A stretch of DNA of 33,873 nucleotides from a virus. The notes beneath the pieces are model-generated. The model was not told the DNA's origin and ran no database searches. It was given only the letters and a program-made list of their open reading frames with translations. The stretch spans positions 71,964-105,836 of the IMG/VR virus record IMGVR_UViG_3300010167_000860. One strand, given 5' to 3'. A program made the translations under genes and the position numbers. This document shows positions 10,422 through 21,694 of this stretch, in pieces. Within the stretch, counting starts at the first letter, position 1. Every line of letters begins with the position of its first letter.

Positions 10422-13400
10422 TTATGTTGTATAACTCAAAAGTGTATCATGCAATTTAAACCTATTCCCCTTATCAGTAGGATTAAAAGTAAATTTAGTT
10501 TCTATTCAGGGATTTCTTATCCTGTTTAATGTTCTGGCACTTCTTGGTATAGGTATATTTCATACCCTGAATTTCTTTCTAACATTAGGATTTCTTCTAT
10601 CTTTTAAATTAGGTTCTATATAAGTTTGTTGAAATTCATTCTTAAATTCTATCTTTTCAAATGTTTCATTAGGGAGATATTCATTATTCCCTGTAAATAC
10701 ATCCATCCTATACTGTAAATTATCAAAGGTTTTATCATTAAAAGGCTCAGGGTTCATTAAATACTCTATATAAGACTTTTCCCATTCATTATAAAAATGC
10801 CCATAATCCCCCTTATTATTTACTCATAATTCAGTGTTTCCTATTTTTACATTATTCTCATCCCTACTTTCCCTTATAGATATAAATTCTCCCCATTGGT
10901 TAAGCATAAATGGCACATCTTTATGAGGAGTAAAACTTTCAAATTGCCCTAATCTTGTATTAAATAATAAAGACCGTTCTTTACTGTTAAAATATATACT
11001 ATCATTAGTTAAATCCTGATTAGCTATAAACTGATCATCACTGTCTAATTTATAAACCTCTTGAGGAGATAAATATTGATTACTTCATACCTTAAATCCT
11101 AATTCATTGGTTAAAGATTTAGGCGTATCATTAAGCATCATAATATCTCTTCCTATACTGTCAATATATAATAATCCTGTGTCATTTAATATTATACTTC
11201 ATTTATTTGATGACCCACTGAATTTACTTATATATTTTACCCCCTGTACAGTTCCTGTACTTCCTAACATTACTTCCTGACCTATAGAGGTATTTATCAT
11301 AGCCCTTTGGTTATAAAGAATATTAAATATACCCTTATCCTGAAAACCAAATAATTCATTCTTAAAATTAACTATCCTGTTAATATCTCCTAATTGCCCA
11401 TCAACAGTATAATTCCTTATCATATTTAATTTCAGAAAACTATCTATATGTTCTCCATAAGATTTAACATCACTTCATATAAAAGTAGTTTTAAACTCTT
11501 GATTACTAAATAAAAATTCATCAAAGGTTGAATATTGTCAGAAATTATCCTTTTGAGAATACGCTGTATTTACTCTTATATTCTCAGGGGTTCTATTGTG
11601 GAATATTGTTTGCCCCCTTAAACTATCATACCTTGCATCAATGTTAGTAAAAGTTTCTAATCATACAGACATTACTTCAGTATGTTGTTGTTTATTATCA
11701 ATATTTTTTGAATAAGTTCTAATATAATCATACCTCTGCATAAAGGTATCCCCTCTATCTATTATAATCTCATCTGTAGTTCCAATTCTTACAGGTTCAC
11801 TACAAGGTACAAATACATCATTATCTGAATATCTATTTTCAGGCAATATATTTTGTTTCAAATCAACTATTCATAGATAATTAATATCTCCTATGTAGGG
11901 GTATTTAACCTTTGCATTTCCATCTAAAACATTAGTTTGTTGTGCAACAAGACTATCATTCCAATATCATTTAACAATTCCTGAAATTCCAAGTGTTCCC
12001 TCTGTTATTGGCACTAAATCAGTGGCCATATCATAATAAAATCTAATATTTCTATACCTGCAAGGATTGTTATTCCCTGTTCTCAATCAAAAAGGGGTAT
12101 TCTTTTCAATTATACTTTGCCCATCATAATCACTAAACACTACATCTGGAATAGTTTCTGCTCATATAGGAGTACTTGAACTGTGGTATTTATTTCTATT
12201 AATTGCAAAGACAGCGTGTGTACAAGTATCATAAGTTACTCTTAAATCAGCAAGAACATTATCCATACTATTTCTATAATAAACACTTCTATTATTTTCA
12301 ATATTATTTATTATACCTAAGGTATCTATGCTTGTTATATTATTATTGCATATTTTGGGAGGACGGACAGTATAAGTTAAAATATTATTATTTACATTAT
12401 TAAGATCTGTTGCTGGAAATAAATCAGTAACTGATAAAAATCTTGAATATTCTTTTGATAAATCCTCTTCTTCTTTATTTCAAGCATAAATATCATTTGT
12501 TATTTGATTGTGCTTAAAATTAGTAAGTGCATTTCTTGTTGTTAATGAACCTCCTTCAATATATACATCTGTTTCTCAAACAGTATCATCAAAAGGACCT
12601 TGTCATATTTCTCCAGGTGAAGCTGATTCAGTATTAATTAAAGTTCCTGAAGAATCATAAGTTTCTTTTTTATTAGCTTGAACTCAAGGCTCTCCTTGTA
12701 CATTTACTCAAGTACTAACCCTATAACCAAAAATATCTCTTAAAACTCTGGGATTATTCTCTGTAAAAGATATTGTTCCTAACCTGTAATTCATATTATT
12801 ATGACTTGCTCTTACTATTCCTAAATAAGCAAGTTCCATTTCCTCTACCATACTTACATCAAGATAAGAGCTATATTCTACCTCTGGACTGAAAAAACTA
12901 ACTATATTTGTGTCTATAAAATATATATCTGCATGATTTTGCCCTGAGGGTAAATTACCAAATATTGTAGTTGGAGTATTAGAAGTTCTTTGGTTAGATA
13001 ATTCCATAAAATATCCTGAACCATTTATAGGTCTATTAATAAAAGCAGCACTTGTATCATTAACAGGAGCAATATTAGGAAGCTGGCTAACAATATTTCC
13101 ACTATTGTCATATCTATCCAACATTTTACTTAAAATAGGTTTAGTAAAAGTACTCATACTATCTCTATTTGTGGTAAGAGCTGTTGTAAAAGGTCTTGTC
13201 CTATAATCAGCATAAACTGTATTATCGGTAACTCTGTTTAAAGTACTTAAAGTTCCATTTATAACCCCTTGTGCAATTTTTATTCTCCTATTCTGTTCTA
13301 TAGGAACATATAATATTCTAAATTTTTTATAATCATCTTTAACCTCATTAATTATATCTGAAAATACTGTTGTTTTTAAATAGCTGTATGTTATTTCAAA

Positions 13401-14765
13401 TCTTGGAGTATTAATATCAACTAACTTTATTAATGTTTTATGATCATTATTTATCTGAATATATTTTGTTTCATTACTACCTATTTTATTAACTACAGGA
13501 ATAACCTCACTTCATAATCCATTTTTATATTGAAATTGTATTCCAAATTTATAATATTCTCCGCTTTTTCAAGTTCTTATTCTTTCTTCTCCAGTAGTAT
13601 CTAATAATGTATATGGTTTATAGGCATATATAAAGTCATTCCCCTCAACAGTAATAGTTTTTCTTACTGTTTCTATTTGCATTTGATCAGTTTTAATGTT
13701 TAATTTAGGTCTGTTAATCTTAACATTCCCTGCAAATAAAACATTATCTTTAGGAGATATAGTACCTAAAACTAATTCCTCCCCTCCTATATATAATAAA
13801 GCATTAGCATCAAAAGTACTACCCCCTATTCCTGTATCAGTAATCTCAATTTTTGAGGAACTGTTATTTCAAGTATCAGGGCATCTTATATCCTGTACTA
13901 TTCTTACTAGAGGTGTACCATCTAATGATGTTCTTTGTATAGCATATACTCTTATATAATCAAAAAAAGGAGTATCATTTGTTATTCCTAAATCTATATT
14001 TTTAATTTCAATATTAAAAGAACAGTTTATATTTTCCTCAGGGCTACCAACTCTATCTTGTGTTGATATATAATAAATATCTGAAGTATAAAATATATTA
14101 GTTTCCTGACCATTTTTATTTCAATAGGTAAAAGCATACTGTACAGTTCCTGCTCTAAAAGAACCTCCTGAAAACTGTTTAGTAATATTTATATCTTCTT
14201 TTAACTGTAACTCTGGTCAAAAATTAAATATATTAGGATTTTCATAAGGAAAAGTTATATTATCCCTATCTGCAATATTTATAAATCTAGGTTGATTTAT
14301 ATTATCTACTCAATATACTTTTATTGTCTGGTCATTTTCTTTAACCCCTAATGTTTCTATTAGATTATTTTTAGAGAAGTTTAAATCCTTACCTGTTTCA
14401 TTTCCATATAAAATAGTAGCGTATAAATTATAACCAGTACTTCTATCAGTCCATTCTAATCTTCAAATAGTATCTACTTTATTTGCACCTTCCCCTGTAG
14501 TAGTAAATAATATTAAATATTTATCTATAACACAATATCCCACACATTGCCCTAATATTTGTATTTCAGGATAACCAGGTTTCTTTTCCCTAATTGTAAA
14601 TTTTTCATTCCCCTTCTCATTAGTTATAGTCATTAAAGTATTATCCTCTATTGAATCAATTCTTACATTGTAACTATCATACAAAAATTGAGAACTAAAT
14701 TTAGAAATGGATAAATCTTTATTTAGTCCTTTAATGGCGTTATATGGTTGAACTTTTCTATTCAT
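10422..14765 (-). CDS. Tail muzzle/stabilisation protein (P22 gp10-like), about 1447 aa (TGA=Trp)
   Basis: N-terminus KGLNKDLSISKFS..FLYDSYNVRI...NTLMTITNEKGN and C-terminus KKFRV(W)...RIRNP(W) resemble crAss muzzle proteins. Five track fragments share one frame and each ends in TGA; TAA at 10422. Confidence 0.88.
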
Positions 14766-14784
14766 TTTTATTTTTTTAAAATTA

Positions 14785-14842
14785 TTAGTACCTAAATATA
14801 GGCACTAAACTGCTTATTTTAGTACCTAAATATAGGTACTAA
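14785..14842. repeat. Tandem pair of 24-bp palindromic units (TTAGTACCTAAATATAGG[C/T]ACTAA)
   Basis: Copies at 14785-14808 and 14819-14842 differ at one base; each can fold as a hairpin. Confidence 0.85.
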
Positions 14843-14948
14843 CTTTTTTCATATATAATTAATTATCATCATCTTAAATTCTTTTCCCCTATCTTTATCT
14901 ACCCTACCATTTTTCTAATAGCCCATTTTGAATTTTTAAACATCTGTT

Positions 14949-15647
14949 TTAATGTTTTTTTATTAACTCTTTTGCACCAAGATGGGCAAACCTAGTAGAA
15001 AAGTGGTTACTGTGAGTTAATAATGTTCTCCAACTATTAAATAATGCCTCTACCTTTGGTAAATCTAACATTCTCATAGCTGTTTCACATTGCCCTACTG
15101 CCCATACATATTCCTGCTGTGCTTCCATATAAATATTATCTTTTACCCTGCCATTTTGCCATAACATCCTTATGTGCTTATTTTCTGCATATTTCTCTAA
15201 AGCATTTATAAAAGCCCTGTTATCGGGTATCATAGGATAACCCTGGTCATCTGTTAATATTCCCTTATAACTAATCTGTACCTTACCACATTTTAAAGAA
15301 CTAAACAAATAACCATTTTCCATTGTTATAGTTAAATCCCTACTGGTAAATGTATAAGGTCTATTATCCACACACATACATTCATAATGATTATGAAAAG
15401 TATCTGTAGCCTGCCTAACAGGTATATCATTTATTAATACTTGATTTATATATACTATATCACAGGGCAACTCTACCCTGTAATCTTCAATTTCTCCTTT
15501 AAACAACCTGTCTGTAAAGAATACAGGCATCTTTACTATCTCAAGAAAATCTACTGTTCAATCTACTAAAGTTTCAAACTGTAGATTTCTCAGTAAAGGA
15601 TTTCTCAATAACCTGTCTAAAATAATTGAAATGTTAATGTAATTCAT
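14949..15647 (-). CDS. Tail ring/tubular protein (P22 gp4-like), 232 aa (TGA=Trp)
   Basis: MNYINISIILDRLLRNPLLRNLQFETLVD(W)TVDF...EIEDYRVELPCD...DDQGYPMIPDN...QQEYVWAVGQ; crAss ring protein motifs, directly upstream of the muzzle gene. Confidence 0.85.
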
Positions 15648-15658
15648 ATTTTTATTAT

Positions 15659-16183
15659 TTATTTATCCTGATTTTTTAAAACACTTTTACTTCTTATATA
15701 GTCTATACCCTCTATTTTGCATTTTAAGGCTATCTCCTTGAGCTTACCCCTCTGAATAGGTCTAAGTAGCCTAAAGGTATAAAACTTCATTTTACCCCCT
15801 AAAGAATGATTAGGAATGTATTTTACTTGATACACATCCCCAGGAGGAAATTTTATTAATTTCTTACTTTCCCTTGCTTCTTTATCCTCTTCTCATAATT
15901 TCTTAGTTTCATATCAATTAATGGGGGCAACATATCTTACCTTTCCATCAACTATCTTAGGTTTAGTTTCTATTCTTCTTAAAAATAATGTACCTATCTT
16001 TGATGGTAAATTTATACTTCCTTCCTTAACTATAACATCAAACAGCCCTTCAAACAAATCTTCAAGAATATCCACATATTTCTTATAAGAAAGATTATAT
16101 TCTTCCTGTACAGGCTTTATCATTTTATAATGTTTGTAATAATGCCCTTTGCTTATACCCCTTCCTACATAATTTTTATTCAT
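15659..16183 (-). CDS. IHF/HU-like conserved crAss protein, about 174 aa (TGA=Trp)
   Basis: INLPSKIGTLFLRR...APIN(W)YETKKL(W)EEDKEARESKKLI; both TGAs fall where Trp is expected in this family. TAA at 15659. An upstream start at 16231 is possible. Confidence 0.75.
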
Positions 16184-16205
16184 AATATTCCTGTTGTTGT
16201 CCTTG

Positions 16206-16988
16206 CTACCCTGTTCTTCCTGGCTGTCCATATTGATTTACTGCTACAGGATTTTGCTGATTATACCCTCTGTCTGGATTTCCCCCCTGTAAACCTGATA
16301 AATTATCCTTAGCATTATTTATTGTATCCTGTGGTCTGTATATATCTGGAGTTAAATCCCTGATTATACTTTCTAACAGGGCAGGTATCATAAAATCTTC
16401 AACTCCCACTTCCATATCTAAAGGATCTAAACAAGCATCTTTTTCATCTGTATCATTACATTGATACATATATTCTTCCCCATCCTTTTCAAATAAGTCC
16501 TGTGGATTTTCAAATAAACCTTTTATAGATACTTTCTTTAAGTTTTCATACCCTGTGCTAGCAGATTTAAGATAAAGATAGTTATTAAAGACTGTAAAGT
16601 ATATAATATTTTTTAGTCATTTGTTAGTACCAACAAAGGTAAATCTATCCCTGTTTATATAAGTTCATTCTTTAACACTGGAAAAATCATCAACAGGAAA
16701 TATCTTTATATCATATTCCCCAAAGAATGATACAAGTTTAGGAATAGGATATTTACTTTTTACTGTAGTTCCTTTTACACAATCATCAGTAGTTTCTAAG
16801 TCTAAACAAATAGTGTGGAGTAGGTAGTCAGGCAACTGTTTACCTGTTTCTACATAATATTTTCTGAGTAATAAAGCTTTATATTTGTCTATTAATCAAA
16901 CTATATGCTGGATTTCAAAGTATGTATCATCGGAAGATAATTTAAACTGATCTAATACTTGAAATGAAATTTCCCTATATGTTGCCAT
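16206..16988 (-). CDS. Tail ring protein, 260 aa (TGA=Trp)
   Basis: MATYREISFQVLDQFKLSSDDTYF...ICLDLE...YINRDRFTFVGTNK(W)LKNIIY...GLFENP...D..NNAKDNLS resembles crAss ring protein 2. Ends TAG. Confidence 0.85.
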
Positions 16989-17015
16989 ATCTATATCTTT
17001 TAAATTTATTATTTA

Positions 17016-17023
17016 CAAAAATA
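17016..17023 (-). promoter_or_regulatory. Bacteroidota -7 element (TATTTTTG) upstream of the tail operon
   Basis: TAnnTTTG match about 28 nt upstream of the ATG at 16988. Confidence 0.5.
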
Positions 17024-17107
17024 ATAATAATTTGGCAGATATGGTGATATATAATATATTTTTATGGGTGATATAATATTTTGTATTATCTTTTGGGCAG
17101 GGTTTTT

Positions 17108-17149
17108 AAAAAAAATAAAAAAAATGGAGGTTACTAACCCTGCACCTCC
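17108..17149 (-). terminator. Rho-independent terminator-like hairpin
   Basis: Minus strand GGAGGT..ACCTCC stem followed by a long T tract. Confidence 0.55.
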
Positions 17150-17435
17150 TAATTTAGGTCTCCTTACGATGAGATACCCCTTTGCACTTCTATATTTACA
17201 TACAACTTTTTAAGTGTGGTAATTTACGATGAGTGGCCAGCTCCAATTTTTCTTTAATAATATAAATAATTATCTAAGTCCAATTCCCCAAAGGCTCGAA
17301 TAGTACAAAATACCTGAAGGGGAAAGGTTTTATTAACAAACTTGTTTAATTAAACTTTGTTTTGTACGAAAAATTTTTGAATAAAGTTTCACTTTTTAAC
17401 ATAAATAATGTTAAAGATTGTTAAATAAAAAAATA

Positions 17436-17464
17436 AAACTGTGTACCCTAAAATACACAGTTTT
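17436..17464 (-). terminator. Terminator-like hairpin after the tail hub genes
   Basis: AAAACTGTGTA-ccctaaa-ATACACAGTTTT inverted repeat, T-rich downstream on the minus strand. Confidence 0.6.
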
Positions 17465-17500
17465 AAAAATGAAAAAGAGAATATATTGATTTTAATTATT

Positions 17501-17818
17501 TTATTGTGTTATATTTTTTATTCTCTGGTATTTCTCTATAAATTGTGCATCCCCCAGATTATTGTAATTATCTAAATTCTTCCTGCAATATTTTAATTGA
17601 GGATTTCTGTGTAAGATATGCCTGTAAAGCCTGTGTATATTGTCTAAAGATTTTACATCTATAAGGTCATAATGGCAATTATTTTCTAATATCTCATTTA
17701 TACAGGATAATAATAATAAGTCCTTTTTTGTGCCATACTTATCTATTCCATAATGAGACAAATAATTATAATAAAGGTATAACCCATTGTTTAATATTTC
17801 TTTCTTTAATTCTATCAT
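17501..17818 (-). CDS. Tail hub protein B-like, 105 aa
   Basis: Motif YYNYLSHYG and position immediately after the hub A-like gene. Confidence 0.6.
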   Translation of the reverse strand: MIELKKEILNNGLYLYYNYLSHYGIDKYGTKKDLLLLSCINEILENNCHYDLIDVKSLDNIHRLYRHILHRNPQLKYCRKNLDNYNNLGDAQFIEKYQRIKNITQ

Positions 17819-17819
17819 A

Positions 17820-18479
17820 TTAACAAGTTTTACAGCCTGAAGGACTACTAACCTTTGGGAAAGTATGATTACAGGTATTTAAACAATTTCCTTTATCAAG
17901 TTCCCTTTTATATAAATCATTGAATATTCTTACTGCTGTAGGATAATCACACAGTTCTACTGACTGAGTTATCATCTGTTTCTTTAAAAATAAGTCTAAT
18001 AATCTATCCTCAGAGTAATTACATTTATCTTCAAAACTATTGATAATCTTTAACATTTGATTATATACAGGATAATGGTTTATTGCACATGCTATAGTCA
18101 GTGCATTAAAACAACAACAAGGAACTTCATCAGCAGGAACTCCATCAGCAAGTACATATAAAAAGAACATCCCTGTATTTTCAATAAGCATACCTAATTC
18201 TGACATAGGTATTATTTTAGAAAATTCTTTACCAGCAGGAATACTTGGGTCTGTTCCTCCAACAGGAGGATCTCCTGGGTCTATTCCTCTGCCTGTAATA
18301 ATTTCAGAATTGTCTATAATATAAACATTTGGTTCTTTATCAGGAAATACACTGTGATAATTATTTGATATTGCTATCCTGTCTATTTTAACTTTTTTAT
18401 AATTTTCCCCTGCTGGAACTCTTACTCATAATTCCAAAGATTTACTGTCTGGGGACACCCTAAAGTTTAATATATCCAT
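17820..18479 (-). CDS. Tail hub protein A-like, 219 aa (TGA=Trp)
   Basis: MDILNFRVSPDSKSLEL(W)...MFFLYVLADGVPADEVPCC...Cys-rich C-terminus SGCKTC; follows the auxiliary capsid gene. Confidence 0.7.
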
Positions 18480-18506
18480 AATTTTGTTATTATTATTGTA
18501 AAGAAA

Positions 18507-18535
18507 AACTAGTCCAGGGACACCCCAGACTAGTT
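18507..18535 (-). terminator. Hairpin/terminator after the auxiliary capsid gene
   Basis: AACTAGTC...GACTAGTT stem with inner GGG/CCC pairing, then TTTCTTT on the minus strand. Confidence 0.6.
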
Positions 18536-18545
18536 AATCAATAAA

Positions 18546-19646
18546 CTATATTACCAATGAAGCTACTAATCCTTGTAAGAGACCATTATTGGCATTGCCA
18601 TAAGTACCTCCCACTTGAGCAGCTATAGTAATTTGTTTAGTACTTCTTTGTACATCCTCAGCAGGTCCTTTATAATGAAATTCTATTTCTAACATTCCAT
18701 ATTCTATATCATCACCTTTGCCAGGGATAGCTAAATACTCAGTATTAAAATCATGTGGATAAGCCCAAGATCTCATATTATCTCCTCTTTCCCCATAATA
18801 AAACCATTCCATATCAGCAGTTGTCCTACCATTCTTAAATATGCCTGAAGGGATAAATGTACCATCCTCAAGATATAATCCAGGAACTTTAGGAACTACT
18901 GATGTAGTACTGTCTGAATTAGCCCATAAAACTTCTAAGCCATTCCATTTAACAGGAACTACTGATACTTCAAATCTCAAAGGTTCTCCTTGTTTCTTGC
19001 CTCTTACATACTGTCTAACTATAGGAAATACTCCTATACTTACAGCAGCTACTGTAGGATTAGCAGGATTATAAGTTACACCTGAAGTATCTATGGCAGC
19101 ACCTAAAGCATCTAAAGGAACAACCTTAAACCATTGCTCTGGCTCTTTCTCTATACTCTTATTAAACAAATAGGCTAATCCGTGATAAAGTAAAGAAGGA
19201 CCATTTAATGCTCCTGTTCCAGAACTAATCTGAGCATCTGTTATAGGTGTATAAACCCCTGAAGCTCTGTTAAACTGTATATCATTACCTCCAACACCTA
19301 AACCATAAGTTCTTACTCTGAAAATATAGCCCTGCCCTCTGATAGGCGCTCCTCCATTAATATTTGCATCTAATGAAATTATTTGCCCATTAAATACCTT
19401 TTGAAGTTGAGCAGCTGTTTTATAAACTATATTGGTTATATTTTCCTTCTTAATTAAGTCTGTTCTTACTATCCCCTTAAAATTAGGAGAAGCATATTCA
19501 AACCAGACTTCCTTTTTACCTGCCTTGTTCTGAGGAGCTAAAGAACCCCTTACAGCATTTGCTGCTAATTTTGTATTAACAGCAGATACTTGAGCAGTGC
19601 TAGGTACAACATAAAACTGCCTTACGGCATTACTTGAAAAAATCAT
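18546..19646 (-). CDS. Auxiliary capsid protein, 366 aa
   Basis: MIFSSNAVRQFYV...VRTDLI...NGRTTADMEWFYYGERGD...EDVQRSTKQITI resembles crAss auxiliary capsid proteins. Intact in standard code. Confidence 0.85.
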   Translation of the reverse strand: MIFSSNAVRQFYVVPSTAQVSAVNTKLAANAVRGSLAPQNKAGKKEVWFEYASPNFKGIVRTDLIKKENITNIVYKTAAQLQKVFNGQIISLDANINGGAPIRGQGYIFRVRTYGLGVGGNDIQFNRASGVYTPITDAQISSGTGALNGPSLLYHGLAYLFNKSIEKEPEQWFKVVPLDALGAAIDTSGVTYNPANPTVAAVSIGVFPIVRQYVRGKKQGEPLRFEVSVVPVKWNGLEVLWANSDSTTSVVPKVPGLYLEDGTFIPSGIFKNGRTTADMEWFYYGERGDNMRSWAYPHDFNTEYLAIPGKGDDIEYGMLEIEFHYKGPAEDVQRSTKQITIAAQVGGTYGNANNGLLQGLVASLVI

Positions 19647-19669
19647 ACTATTATTTTTTTAAAAAATTG

Positions 19670-20461
19670 TTATTCTTTTCTTAAATTAGTTATTAACTGA
19701 GTTTGTAATGAATTTTCTTTATATCCTACAGTTGCTAATTCTACAGCCCTGTCTATAATAATATCCTCCATATATGAATCAAATACACAGATATTATTTA
19801 TATCTACAGGGGCAAACTTTCCTTCTATTCTTAAGGGATATTCTTCATCTTCAGGAAGACCATTGGCTATCCTAAATGCTGAATCTTTTAAATCTATAAG
19901 AATAATAGGGTAAGGAAATTCTATATATCTGTAATGATAGGTTCTTAGAGTTTCTTTTGAAATTAATTCATGTGAACCATCTATATCTAATCTTAATACA
20001 GTATATCTTGAAGGTTGTCTAAAAGGATTTTGTAATATTTTATTTAGCTCATTATGTCTCACGGGCTTAATATTTATTGCTGTGTCATACATACAATCTC
20101 CTTCTGGGACTTTTAAATAGGCATATTCATGTAATACCCTTCAAACTTTACCTTCTGACATTGTGTCTAAATTTATTTTCCATCTATTAAACTTTTGAAA
20201 CCTCAAAGATTCTGGTGTTCCTATATTAGGATTTGATTTATAATCTTCTTTTGTTATTACTGATAAATTCTTCCTTATCTTTTCTAACTGTTCAAATGTA
20301 TATCCCTTTGTAGTACCTGAATAAAAGTTCTCTATAACTTCTTTCTGAGCCTCTGTAAGGAATAAAGAAATTTCATAGTCATTTAGTCCAGGGGCTATCC
20401 CTGAATTGATGTTATTATATTTGAGATTAAATATCTCCCTAAACTCATCTCCTGACCTCAT
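19670..20461 (-). CDS. Tail ring protein, 263 aa (TGA=Trp)
   Basis: EFREIFNLKYNNINSGIAPGLNDYEISLFLTEAQKE...PYPIILIDL...IIDRAVELA; two track ORFs joined by TGA at 20141. Confidence 0.85.
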
Positions 20462-20472
20462 AACTAACTTTT

Positions 20473-21669
20473 TTAATTATTAACTTGCGCCTCCAATGAC
20501 AAAAAATATTCCTGATTTCTCGGCTGATTTAAAAACTCACAAGCAGTTTTTAAAGAAGGATTAAGCCCTAAAGGACATAATGTTAGATTATCTGATACTA
20601 ATATATACTCTGACCTTAGCTTCTTGACTATACCTCTATCCACAGCCTTCTTTAAAAGTATCTCTGTGTCTAAATATTTATTTTCAGCCTCTTGAATAAA
20701 CTTTTGTGTATTAGTTAATATCATTTTATTGACTGTATCTAATATCATCTCTTTGTTGTTTATATGAATAATTTTACCTGAAACTTTTTCACATAAATAA
20801 GCAAGTTTATCAAAATCTTTTTCCATATTAGCAAATATTCTATATGCCTTTGCTTTACCTTCTAAATCCTCTATAGAATTTTTCATCTGTGTTTCATCAG
20901 AAGTTATTACAAATTGGTATTCTGCCTTAGGATACCTTTTTAAAGTTTCTTCATCAGGACAAATCTGGCTTTTATTTAATAAAAGGATTTTATAATTAAT
21001 AAAATCATGTGGATTTGAAAGGATAAAATAATTATCCCCTTTTGTTAAAGTTACAAATCTATTTGTTCAATAATTATTTTCCTTTTTATAAACACTTAAA
21101 GCATTTTTCTCCATCATAAGAGCTTCTTCAAGATAATCCTTCTCAGCATCTGTTAAAGGGTTCTGTAATTGCCCATTCCTTAAAAAAGGAACAGTATATA
21201 CTTTCTTTGCCCTTTCATTCATACCTCCATAATTAACGTGCTTAGGGTCTGTAACTAAACCACTGGGCTTATTTATAAACTTAACATTTACAGTTTTGTT
21301 TATTAAACAGTTTACCAATTCTTTTGTTTCTGGAATTTCTTTGAAAGAAATAGCAGGTTTTTCATAAAGAACTTTCTTTTCTTCTAAAACCTCCTTTTTC
21401 ATTTCCTGAATATATTTCTTCTTAGCTTTAAGTATTTCCTCAAGATTTTCAGGGTTAATTATAACATTACCCTTATCATCTACTGGATATAACTTACCAT
21501 CTATAGTAACAAAATCTTGTTTTTTCACAGTTTCCTCTACCACTTTAACCTCTTCTTTAATCATTAAATCATCAGGAATACCCTTTGAAATATTTTCATT
21601 GATTTTAATCTCTCTATTCTTTGGACTATAACCCTTAGGTCTTCCCCTTTGCTTTACATTTTCTCCCAT
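20473..21669 (-). CDS. Conserved crAss virion protein downstream of MCP (portal-vertex auxiliary-like), 398 aa (TGA=Trp)
   Basis: NCL..KTVNVKF...DPKHVNYGGM...NALSVYKKENNY(W)...LTKGDNYFILSNP; two track ORFs joined by TGA at 21067. Confidence 0.8.
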
Positions 21670-21694
21670 AATTAAATCATTTAATTGTTATTAT

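Noticed and set aside
10422-14765. Apparent pseudogenes or decayed region suggested by the fragmented ORF track
   Set aside because: The fragments share one frame and are broken by TGA, which indicates recoding rather than decay.
14785-14842. Possible mini-CRISPR array
   Set aside because: Only two units, a 10-nt gap, and no cas genes in the window.
17025-17435. Suppressor tRNA or hammerhead ribozyme in the intergenic island
   Set aside because: No cloverleaf with a T-loop is discernible, and the GATGAG repeats lack the CUGAUGA...GAAA core.
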